From the NCBI RefSeq assembly GCF_003334405.1, contig NZ_QOWM01000028.1: 30,887 nucleotides of DNA. One strand, written 5' to 3'. The translations under genes and the position numbers were made by a program. Numbering within the stretch: the stretch's first letter is position 1; the number at the start of each line of letters is the position of its first letter. The notes below the pieces were generated by a model. The model saw only the letters and a list, made by a program, of their open reading frames with translations, was not told where the DNA came from and did no database searches. The stretch comes from Escherichia coli. Its GTDB lineage: Bacteria; Pseudomonadota; Gammaproteobacteria; Enterobacterales; Enterobacteriaceae. Shown here piece by piece: positions 1 through 7,825 of this stretch.

Positions 1-57
1 TTTCTCTTCAACCGAACCGGCTGTTTGTGTGAAGTGATTCACATCCGCCGTGTCGAT

Positions 58-115
58 GGAGGCGCATTATAGGGAGTTCTCCGCAGGCCGCAATAGAAAA
101 ATTGCAGAAAAATGA
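58..115 (-). promoter_or_regulatory. rrnE P1: rRNA operon P1-type promoter (rrnE P1-like) with A/T-rich UP element, transcribing leftward out of the window
   Basis: Minus strand reads TTGCGG-(16 nt)-TATAAT followed by GCGCCTCCATCGACACGG (GC-rich discriminator), i.e. the canonical rrn P1 core 'CTCCCTATAATGCGCC'. The -10 is the complement of 66..71, the -35 the complement of 88..93, with an A/T-rich UP-like tract at about 94..115. Divergent from purH as in E. coli. Confidence 0.7.
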
Positions 116-264
116 CTGACTGCTGCATTCCCCAGCAAAAGCCCGCTTTATACCTTTTTACGCACAGAGTTATCCACAATCATCAATGTAATTTCTGTAT
201 TTTGCCCACGGTAACCACAGTCAAAATTGTGATCACCATTGAAAGAGAAAAATTCGCGAGCGTT

Positions 265-280
265 GCGCAAACGTTTTCGT
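265..280 (+). promoter_or_regulatory. PurR operator (pur box) in the purHD control region
   Basis: GCGCAAACGTTTTCGT matches the 16-bp PurR box consensus (AcGcAAACGTTTtCnT) and is followed immediately by TACAAT (281..286), a plausible -10. It lies about 110 bp upstream of the purH ATG. Confidence 0.65.
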
Positions 281-317
281 TACAATGCGGGCGAAAAATA
301 AGGATGCCCCGTTAGGG

Positions 318-355
318 GCGTTAGCTGAGTTTTTCGCGAAAAATTCAGCTAACGC
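318..355. repeat. 38-bp near-perfect palindrome (GCGTTAGCTGAgtttttcgcgaaaaatTCAGCTAACGC) in the purH 5' leader
   Basis: Read directly from the sequence: 11-bp arms GCGTTAGCTGA / TCAGCTAACGC around a 16-nt centre that is itself near-palindromic. It ends 32 bp upstream of the purH ATG. Confidence 0.8.
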
Positions 356-387
356 TCTCTGTAATAGTCAAATCCAGGGGATTTACC

Positions 388-1977
388 ATGCAACAACGTC
401 GTCCAGTCCGCCGCGCTCTGCTCAGTGTTTCTGACAAAGCCGGTATCGTCGAATTCGCCCAGGCACTTTCCGCACGCGGTGTGGAGCTGCTGTCTACAGG
501 GGGCACTGCCCGTCTGTTAGCAGAAAAAGGTCTGCCGGTAACCGAAGTTTCCGATTACACCGGTTTCCCGGAGATGATGGATGGACGCGTGAAGACCCTG
601 CATCCGAAAGTACATGGTGGCATTCTGGGCCGTCGCGGCCAGGACGATGCCATTATGGAAGAACATCAGATCCAGCCTATCGATATGGTGGTTGTTAACC
701 TGTATCCGTTCGCCCAGACCGTGGCCCGTGAAGGTTGCTCGCTGGAAGATGCGGTTGAGAACATCGATATCGGCGGCCCAACGATGGTGCGCTCCGCCGC
801 CAAGAACCATAAAGATGTCGCAATCGTGGTGAAGAGCAGCGACTATGACGCCATTATTAAAGAGATGGATGACAACGAAGGATCGCTGACGCTTGCAACC
901 CGTTTCGACCTCGCCATCAAAGCCTTCGAACACACTGCCGCCTACGACAGCATGATTGCCAACTACTTCGGCAGCATGGTTCCGGCTTACCACGGTGAAA
1001 GCAAAGAAGCCGCCGGTCGCTTCCCACGCACGCTGAACCTGAACTTCATTAAGAAGCTGGATATGCGTTACGGCGAGAACAGCCACCAGCAGGCTGCCTT
1101 CTATATAGAAGAGAATGTGAAAGAAGCCTCCGTTGCTACCGCAACCCAGGTTCAGGGTAAAGCCCTCTCTTATAACAACATCGCCGATACCGATGCGGCG
1201 CTGGAGTGCGTGAAAGAGTTCGCCGAGCCGGCATGTGTGATTGTGAAGCACGCCAACCCTTGCGGCGTGGCTATCGGCAATTCCATTCTTGATGCTTACG
1301 ATCGCGCGTACAAAACCGACCCAACCTCCGCATTCGGCGGCATCATTGCCTTTAACCGCGAGCTGGATGCGGAAACCGCACAGGCCATCATTTCTCGTCA
1401 GTTTGTCGAAGTGATTATTGCGCCGTCCGCCAGCGAAGAAGCCCTGAAAATCACCGCCGCCAAACAGAACGTACGCGTTCTGACCTGCGGTCAGTGGGGC
1501 GAGCGTGTTCCGGGCCTCGATTTCAAACGCGTGAACGGCGGTCTGCTGGTTCAGGATCGTGACCTGGGGATGGTCGGTGCGGAAGAACTGCGCGTGGTGA
1601 CCAAACGTCAGCCGAGCGAACAGGAACTGCGTGATGCGCTGTTCTGCTGGAAGGTGGCGAAGTTTGTGAAATCCAACGCTATCGTCTATGCCAAAAACAA
1701 TATGACTATCGGCATTGGCGCGGGCCAGATGAGCCGCGTGTACTCCGCAAAAATCGCCGGTATTAAAGCGGCCGATGAAGGCCTGGAAGTGAAAGGTTCC
1801 TCGATGGCTTCTGACGCGTTCTTCCCGTTCCGCGACGGTATTGATGCCGCCGCCGCTGCGGGCGTGACCTGCGTAATCCAGCCTGGCGGTTCTATCCGTG
1901 ATGACGAAGTGATTGCCGCCGCCGACGAGCACGGTATTGCGATGCTCTTCACCGACATGCGCCACTTCCGCCATTAA
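388..1977 (+). CDS. purH: Bifunctional AICAR transformylase / IMP cyclohydrolase
   Basis: 529-aa ORF starting [27 protein letters not shown], with MGS-like and AICARFT domains recognisable. Length equals E. coli PurH. purD follows 11 bp downstream. Confidence 0.97.
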
Positions 1978-1988
1978 TGGAGCAATAG

Positions 1989-3278
1989 ATGAAAGTATTA
2001 GTGATTGGTAACGGCGGGCGCGAGCACGCGCTGGCCTGGAAAGCGGCCCAGTCGCCGCTGGTTGAGACTGTTTTTGTTGCTCCGGGTAATGCAGGCACTG
2101 CACTGGAACCCGCGCTGCAAAACGTTGCTATTGGCGTGACCGATATCCCGGCGCTGTTGGATTTCGCACAAAACGAAAAGATTGATCTGACCATCGTCGG
2201 CCCGGAAGCGCCGCTGGTGAAAGGCGTGGTCGATACCTTCCGCGCCGCCGGGCTGAAAATCTTCGGCCCAACCGCAGGTGCGGCCCAACTGGAAGGCTCA
2301 AAAGCGTTTACCAAAGATTTCCTGGCCCGCCATAAGATCCCTACGGCGGAATACCAGAACTTCACCGAGGTAGAACCTGCGCTGGCGTATCTGCGTGAGA
2401 AAGGCGCGCCAATCGTCATTAAAGCGGACGGTCTGGCTGCCGGGAAAGGCGTTATCGTGGCGATGACGCTGGAAGAAGCGGAAGCGGCTGTTCACGATAT
2501 GCTGGCGGGCAACGCTTTTGGCAACGCGGGTCATCGCATCGTTATCGAAGAGTTCCTCGATGGCGAAGAAGCGAGCTTTATCGTGATGGTGGACGGCGAG
2601 CATGTGCTGCCGATGGCTACCAGCCAGGATCACAAACGCGTAGGCGATAAAGATACCGGACCAAACACCGGCGGGATGGGCGCTTACTCCCCCGCGCCGG
2701 TAGTAACCGATGACGTTCATCAGCGCACCATGAAACGTATTATCTGGCCAACCGTGAAAGGCATGGCGGCGGAAGGCAACACCTACACCGGTTTTCTCTA
2801 CGCGGGCCTGATGATCGACAAACAGGGCAATCCGAAGGTTATTGAATTTAACTGCCGCTTTGGCGATCCGGAAACCCAGCCGATTATGCTGCGCATGAAG
2901 TCCGATCTGGTTGAGCTCTGCCTGGCGGCCTGTGAAAGCAAACTGGACGAGAAAACGTCCGAGTGGGATGAACGCGCTTCTCTCGGCGTGGTGATGGCTG
3001 CGGGTGGATATCCGGGTGATTACCGCACCGGTGACGTGATCCACGGCCTGCCGCTGGAAGAAGTGGCAGGCGGCAAAGTGTTCCACGCGGGCACAAAACT
3101 GGCGGATGACGAGCAGGTAGTGACCAACGGCGGGCGCGTACTGTGCGTCACCGCGCTGGGTCATACCGTGGCAGAAGCGCAGAAACGCGCCTATGCCTTA
3201 ATGACCGATATCCACTGGGACGACTGCTTCTGCCGGAAAGATATCGGCTGGCGCGCTATCGAACGCGAGCAGAACTAA
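1989..3278 (+). CDS. purD: Phosphoribosylamine-glycine ligase (GAR synthetase)
   Basis: 429-aa ORF starting MKVLVIGNGGREHALAWKAAQSPL, an ATP-grasp protein. Length equals E. coli PurD. Operonic with purH. Confidence 0.97.
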   Translation: MKVLVIGNGGREHALAWKAAQSPLVETVFVAPGNAGTALEPALQNVAIGVTDIPALLDFAQNEKIDLTIVGPEAPLVKGVVDTFRAAGLKIFGPTAGAAQLEGSKAFTKDFLARHKIPTAEYQNFTEVEPALAYLREKGAPIVIKADGLAAGKGVIVAMTLEEAEAAVHDMLAGNAFGNAGHRIVIEEFLDGEEASFIVMVDGEHVLPMATSQDHKRVGDKDTGPNTGGMGAYSPAPVVTDDVHQRTMKRIIWPTVKGMAAEGNTYTGFLYAGLMIDKQGNPKVIEFNCRFGDPETQPIMLRMKSDLVELCLAACESKLDEKTSEWDERASLGVVMAAGGYPGDYRTGDVIHGLPLEEVAGGKVFHAGTKLADDEQVVTNGGRVLCVTALGHTVAEAQKRAYALMTDIHWDDCFCRKDIGWRAIEREQN

Positions 3279-4600
3279 CGCGACAGTTTTGCCAATAGCG
3301 TTTTGCGCGTGATCCCTAACTGACGGGCGGCTTCGGTTTTGTTGCCGCCCGTTTTCTCCAGCGCCGCCAGAATCACCTCTTTTTCCACTTCCACCAACGG
3401 CTGAATATCCTGACTTTGTCCCAGCGGGATCGGCGTACTGGCAATCGCCAGCGGCAGCTCGCGTTCGGAAATATATTCCCCGGTCAGCAGCACCACTGCC
3501 CGTTCCACCGCGTTTTCCAGCTCACGAATATTTCCCGGCCAGTCGTAATGAATCAACAGATCCATCGCCTGGGGCGTAAAACCTTTTACCGCCTTGCGAT
3601 TACGCTCGGCAAAGCGCTGCAGAAAATGGCCAGCCAGCAGAGGGATATCTTCCCGCCGTTGCCGCAGCGATGGTACTTCAATCGCCACCACATTCAGGCG
3701 ATAGTAGAGATCCTGGCGAAAACGCCCGGCATTCACCTCTGCGGCAAGATCGCGATGGGTCGCCGCAATCAGCCGGACATCAACCGAGATAATCTGGTTG
3801 CTACCGACACGCTGAACTTCGCGCTCCTGAATCGCACGCAGCAGACGCACCTGCATCATCGGCGAGATATCGCCAATTTCATCGAGAAACAGCGTGCCGC
3901 CGTCCGCCTCAACAAAGCGCCCTTCCCGGCGTTTATCGGCTCCAGTAAACGCCCCTTTTTCGTGACCGAACAATTCAGATTCCAGCAAGGATTCGTTGAG
4001 TGCCGCACAGTTGAGCGTTACCAGCGGTTTTTCGCTACGTGCGCTACTGGCGTGAATCGCCCTGGCGACCAGCTCTTTACCGGTGCCGGAATCGCCGTGG
4101 ATCAGTACCGTGGCTTCCGATGGCGCGACGAGGGCGATTTCACTGAGCAGGTGTTGCATCGCCGGGCTTTTACCGACCATACCGAACTGGCTGGCAGTCA
4201 CCGCAGGTGTTTCAGCATCAATACTGTGCGTATGCGCGAGCGCTTTTTCCAGCGTCGCCTGTAGGTTATCGAAATCCAGCGGCTTGATGAGATAATCCAG
4301 CGCCCCAGTTTTCAGTGCCTCTACCGCCGTCTCGACGCTGGAGTACGCAGTCATAATCAGCACCGGAATTGCCGGGTTTAACGCTTTGATCTCTTTCAGC
4401 GTGGCGATGCCGTCCATCTCCGCCATTCGCACATCGCAAAGCACAAGATCAAAAACCTGTTCCCGCACCTGCTCCAACGCCTGTCGCCCGCTGTTCGCCA
4501 GCGCGACGTTATAGCCCCAGCCGCGCAGTAAAGCCTGCAAAATAGTGCAGTGGCTAATGTCATCATCCACCACCAGAATATCGATATTATCGTGCGTCAT
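3275..4600 (-). CDS. zraR: Sigma54-dependent two-component response regulator (NtrC family)
   Basis: 441-aa ORF with a receiver domain ([13 protein letters not shown]...), an AAA+ sigma54-activator core ([14 protein letters not shown]) and a C-terminal HTH. ATGA overlap with upstream zraS. Confidence 0.95.
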   Translation of the reverse strand: MTHDNIDILVVDDDISHCTILQALLRGWGYNVALANSGRQALEQVREQVFDLVLCDVRMAEMDGIATLKEIKALNPAIPVLIMTAYSSVETAVEALKTGALDYLIKPLDFDNLQATLEKALAHTHSIDAETPAVTASQFGMVGKSPAMQHLLSEIALVAPSEATVLIHGDSGTGKELVARAIHASSARSEKPLVTLNCAALNESLLESELFGHEKGAFTGADKRREGRFVEADGGTLFLDEIGDISPMMQVRLLRAIQEREVQRVGSNQIISVDVRLIAATHRDLAAEVNAGRFRQDLYYRLNVVAIEVPSLRQRREDIPLLAGHFLQRFAERNRKAVKGFTPQAMDLLIHYDWPGNIRELENAVERAVVLLTGEYISERELPLAIASTPIPLGQSQDIQPLVEVEKEVILAALEKTGGNKTEAARQLGITRKTLLAKLSR

Positions 4601-5994
4601 CCTTGTGGGTCCTTACGCGTAATATTGACCGGAAGCCAGAGGGTGAACGTTGAGCCTTTTCCCTCCTGGCTTGCGACCTGAATTGTACCACCGTGTTGTT
4701 CAACAATATTATGCACGACCGCCAGCCCCAATCCGGTGCCTTCGGCTTTAGTGGTGAAGTACGGAGTGAAGATGGCATCAAGCTGATCTGCCGCAATTCC
4801 CTTACCGCTGTCGGTAACGCTGATTTTCACGCCCGCGCCGCTTTCGCTGGCCGTCACGCTAATCACGCCATGCTGACCAATCGCCTGAATAGCATTGAGA
4901 TAGAGATTCAACAGGACCTGAGTCAGCCTGTCCGGGTCGGCCTGAATTTCCGGTAATGTGTCGTTGGCGGTAAAGCGTAACTGGATCTCCCGGCTGTTTG
5001 CATCCTGACTTACCAGCTGTAATGAGTGGTTAATCAGCGTGTTGAGATCCACCGCCTGCAAAGCCAGATGCGTTGGCTTAACCAGTTCCAGCAACTCGCT
5101 TACCACGCGGTTTAAACGGTCGGCCTCTTTCGCCATCACCTGCGCCAGTTGATGCGCTTCTCCCCCTGCAGGCGCGCGCTCGGCAAAGTATTTCGCCAGT
5201 CCTTTAATCGAGGAAAGTGGGTTACGGATTTCGTGGGCAACGCCTGCCGCAAGATGCCCCAGCGCCACCAGCTTCTCTTTGCGCTTCATTTCATCTTGTA
5301 GAAGCTGGCGCGAGCGCAGATAGCGGCGATACCAGAAGAATGACAATACGCTTGCCAGCAAGACCGTCGCCAGGGCGAAGAGGATAATCAGGGTATTGCG
5401 CTTTTCCCCACTCTGGGTTGCAACCAGATCACTGGCATCAACGGCGATAAAAATAGCCTGTTGTGCATCTACTTGTGGCACAGCTTTGCCGTTACAGCGC
5501 GGCATATTGTGCATTCCATGCCGCCAGGGCGCTGACATTGGCTGGAACAAACGATAGACCTCAAGTGCAGGCGTAGTTTCCGTTTTCCCAAGCAGCCGCC
5601 AGCGGGAGTTTTCCTCTGGCTTTAATTTCTGCATTTCATCCGGCGAATAGAGCGCACGCCCGACCTTATCGGGGTCGCTATGAAGAATAATGATGCCCTG
5701 CGCATCGGTGACTGCGAACCACAACACTCCCGGCTGTCCCGCCATCTCTTCCAGAAGCGCCTGTTGCTGTACATGGTGCATTCGCATCCCCATCCCTACG
5801 CGGCTTCCCGACTCCAGAGCGCGGATAAGCACATTACCTTTTTCCAGTAATGCCTGGCGGTCTGCCTCGCTTGCCCGCCCATAATCACGAATCACAGTTA
5901 CCGCAAACAATCCCACCAGCCCAACAATGACCACGGGGAGGATCGCGCTTAACCATTTAGCTAAGGAGTCTTTAGAACGTTGCATAAAACGCAT
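4597..5994 (-). CDS. zraS: Sensor histidine kinase of the zinc/envelope-stress two-component system
   Basis: 465-aa ORF with an N-terminal transmembrane segment, periplasmic domain, second TM, an H-box (HEIRNPL) and an HATPase_c region (GTGLGLAVV). The 3' end overlaps the zraR start by 4 nt. Confidence 0.95.
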   Translation of the reverse strand: MRFMQRSKDSLAKWLSAILPVVIVGLVGLFAVTVIRDYGRASEADRQALLEKGNVLIRALESGSRVGMGMRMHHVQQQALLEEMAGQPGVLWFAVTDAQGIIILHSDPDKVGRALYSPDEMQKLKPEENSRWRLLGKTETTPALEVYRLFQPMSAPWRHGMHNMPRCNGKAVPQVDAQQAIFIAVDASDLVATQSGEKRNTLIILFALATVLLASVLSFFWYRRYLRSRQLLQDEMKRKEKLVALGHLAAGVAHEIRNPLSSIKGLAKYFAERAPAGGEAHQLAQVMAKEADRLNRVVSELLELVKPTHLALQAVDLNTLINHSLQLVSQDANSREIQLRFTANDTLPEIQADPDRLTQVLLNLYLNAIQAIGQHGVISVTASESGAGVKISVTDSGKGIAADQLDAIFTPYFTTKAEGTGLGLAVVHNIVEQHGGTIQVASQEGKGSTFTLWLPVNITRKDPQG

Positions 5995-6024
5995 CTTCTT
6001 CTTTGCCTGCTCATCCCTTTCTGA

Positions 6025-6043
6025 CAGCAGAAATCATGCCATC
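6025..6043 (-). promoter_or_regulatory. Candidate sigma54 (-24/-12) promoter for zraSR
   Basis: Minus strand reads TGGCATG-ATTT-CTGCT, with GG and GC 12 nt apart as in the consensus TGGCACG-N4-TTGCW. It lies about 30 bp upstream of the zraS ATG. Confidence 0.5.
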
Positions 6044-6092
6044 TTTTATCAGCGCTTACCCTGCGCTGTAACACAAAGGCTTAAGTTTCAAT

Positions 6093-6138
6093 GAGTAAAA
6101 ATGACTCGCTACCCGCAGCAGGCGAGTCATTTTTACTC
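6093..6138. promoter_or_regulatory. Perfect 17-bp inverted repeat separated by 12 bp; probable ZraR enhancer (UAS) shared by the divergent zraP and zraSR promoters
   Basis: GAGTAAAAATGACTCGC (6093..6109) and GCGAGTCATTTTTACTC (6122..6138) are exact reverse complements. They sit between two divergent sigma54-type promoters, as expected for an NtrC-family activator site. Confidence 0.65.
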
Positions 6139-6180
6139 GTTTATCATGCCAGATTACCCGTCATATCAGCGTTTCATCGT

Positions 6181-6197
6181 TGGCACGGAAGATGCAA
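6181..6197 (+). promoter_or_regulatory. Sigma54 (-24/-12) promoter for zraP
   Basis: TGGCACG-GAAG-ATGCA matches TGGCACG-N4-TTGCW with correct GG/GC spacing. It lies about 35 bp upstream of the zraP ATG, with a GGAGG RBS at 6220..6224. Confidence 0.7.
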
Positions 6198-6231
6198 TAC
6201 CCGAAGTAAGACAACCACTGGAGGATTAACC

Positions 6232-6657
6232 ATGAAACGGAACACGAAAATTGCCCTGGTAATGATGGCGCTTTCAGCAATGGCGATGGGATCGACATCT
6301 GCATTTGCTCACGGCGGACACGGTATGTGGCAGCAAAATGCCGCGCCTTTGACCAGCGAACAACAGACAGCGTGGCAGAAAATCCATAATGACTTTTACG
6401 CTCAAAGCAGCGCACTGCAACAGCAACTGGTGACGAAGCGTTATGAATACAATGCCCTGTTAGCCGCGAACCCACCGGATAGCAGCAAAATTAACGCGGT
6501 CGCCAAAGAGATGGAGAATTTGCGTCAGTCGTTAGATGAGTTACGGGTGAAACGAGATATCGCGATGGCTGAAGCGGGTATTCCGCGCGGAGCCGGAATG
6601 GGCATGGGCTACGGCGGCTGCGGTGGTGGCGGTCATATGGGTATGGGCCACTGGTAA
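6232..6657 (+). CDS. zraP: Periplasmic zinc-binding chaperone / signalling-pathway modulator
   Basis: 141-aa product MKRNTKIALVMMALSAMAMGSTSAFA... with a signal peptide and Gly/Met/His-rich termini. Start chosen at the ATG behind a GGAGG RBS and downstream of the sigma54 promoter; the longer ORF from 6091 would begin inside the ZraR inverted repeat. Confidence 0.9.
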   Translation: MKRNTKIALVMMALSAMAMGSTSAFAHGGHGMWQQNAAPLTSEQQTAWQKIHNDFYAQSSALQQQLVTKRYEYNALLAANPPDSSKINAVAKEMENLRQSLDELRVKRDIAMAEAGIPRGAGMGMGYGGCGGGGHMGMGHW

Positions 6658-6658
6658 A

Positions 6659-7360
6659 TCAGAACGTTTTCTCGTTGGGTTGCCAGCGACAGAAATCAGA
6701 GTTTGCCACTAACAGTAATTGCGAACCTTCGGGCGCTTCCAGCCATGCCACGCTGACATCAACAGAAGAGCGGCTCTGGCGGCGCTCGATATGCGCTATC
6801 GCCTGCGAATCTAAATCAGGTTTAATGGTTTGCCCTTCGCAGGTGGTCACGGTCTGTTCCATCGCATGCCAGCGCCCCTGGCGCAGCACGACTCTCCCCT
6901 GACGTAAGGCATCGCTAATCTGGCGGATCTGATCAGCACGATAACGGTATAAATCGATTTGGTCGTTAGAAAGCTGCTGCTTTTCCCCATCGGATTCACG
7001 TTGCATAAAGCTCAGATCACCGCGATCGTCAAAACGCGCGCGAATATTCACCGGCGGTTTGCTGTAAACATTGATATTGATGAGCGTGAGGTTATCGCCC
7101 TGCCAGCGATACTCTCGCGTCGTGGTATCGCCACTGCGCCACGGGCTAAACACGGCAAGCAGATGCACATTATCGCCGCTGTCTTTTCGCCAGATGCGTA
7201 CCGCGCCCTGGTCTTCAGCAAATCCACTGGCGGTAAAGGGAGGAAGTGAAGAGTTATGACTACAGGCAGTGAGAAGCAGAGCGCCAGCCAGCATCAATGA
7301 TCGACGCCAGAAAGACAAAAGGGGTGAAACCACCCCTTCGTTAAAACTGTTCACTGCCAC
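6659..7360 (-). CDS. yjaH: Uncharacterised putative lipoprotein (DUF1481 family)
   Basis: 233-aa ORF with a GTG start 6 nt after the hupA stop. N-terminal RR...LMLAGALLLTAC looks like a signal peptide with a lipobox (LTAC). Exact start is uncertain; the E. coli annotation is about 231 aa. Confidence 0.8.
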   Translation of the reverse strand: MAVNSFNEGVVSPLLSFWRRSLMLAGALLLTACSHNSSLPPFTASGFAEDQGAVRIWRKDSGDNVHLLAVFSPWRSGDTTTREYRWQGDNLTLININVYSKPPVNIRARFDDRGDLSFMQRESDGEKQQLSNDQIDLYRYRADQIRQISDALRQGRVVLRQGRWHAMEQTVTTCEGQTIKPDLDSQAIAHIERRQSRSSVDVSVAWLEAPEGSQLLLVANSDFCRWQPNEKTF

Positions 7361-7366
7361 GCAATC

Positions 7367-7639
7367 TTACTTAACTGCGTCTTTCAGTGCCTTGCCAGAA
7401 ACAAATGCCGGTACGTTAGCTGCGGCAATTTTGATTTCTTTACCGGTCTGCGGGTTGCGGCCAGTACGCTCAGCGCGGTGGTTCACTTTGAAGGTACCGA
7501 AACCAACCAGTTGTACAGCATCGCCTTCTTTCAGAGACTCAGTAATTGCAGCCAGAGTGGACTCCAGAGCAGCTTTAGCCTGGGTTTTGGACAGTTCTGC
7601 TTTCTCTGCAATTACATCAATCAGTTGAGTCTTGTTCAT
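7367..7639 (-). CDS. hupA: DNA-binding protein HU-alpha
   Basis: 90-aa [93 protein letters not shown], the HU-alpha sequence. Confidence 0.97.
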
Positions 7640-7734
7640 AAGTTATCCTTACAATGTGTTTATCGCTTGCTAAGCATCGAGTGCGACGGAAATGCCAGAA
7701 TAGCACTCTCCTGCATACACGCACCGATAGCCAC

Positions 7735-7775
7735 TTTTTTTCGCCCCCCAAATGTAGACCAGACGGGGGGCGAAA
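7735..7775. repeat. GC-clamped stem-loop (11-bp stem TTTCGCCCCCC / GGGGGGCGAAA, 15-nt loop) in the yjaG-hupA intergenic region
   Basis: Inverted repeat read directly from the sequence; preceded by T7 on the plus strand. It is not followed by a U-tract in the direction of yjaG or hupA transcription, so it is not a canonical intrinsic terminator. Confidence 0.6.
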
Positions 7776-7825
7776 GGGAAGACTCCAGGTACGACAAATC
7801 AGGCGTTAAATCACGTTTTCTGGTC

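Noticed and set aside
112-315. 67-aa plus-strand ORF in the rrn P1 / purH promoter region
   Set aside because: It overlaps the rRNA P1 UP element, the expected Fis-site region and the PurR box, has no RBS, and its product is Cys-rich with no recognisable fold.
517-4264. Antisense ORFs inside purH (528 aa, 517..2103, minus), purD (288 aa, 2298..3164, minus) and zraR (282 aa, 3416..4264, plus)
   Set aside because: Each is fully embedded opposite a recognisable gene, has no RBS or promoter context, and has a composition typical of antisense frames.
6091-6231. N-terminal extension of the zraP ORF (188 aa starting at 6091)
   Set aside because: The extension starts inside the ZraR inverted repeat and would place the sigma54 promoter within the coding sequence. 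The downstream ATG at 6232 has a GGAGG RBS and gives a 141-aa signal-peptide protein.
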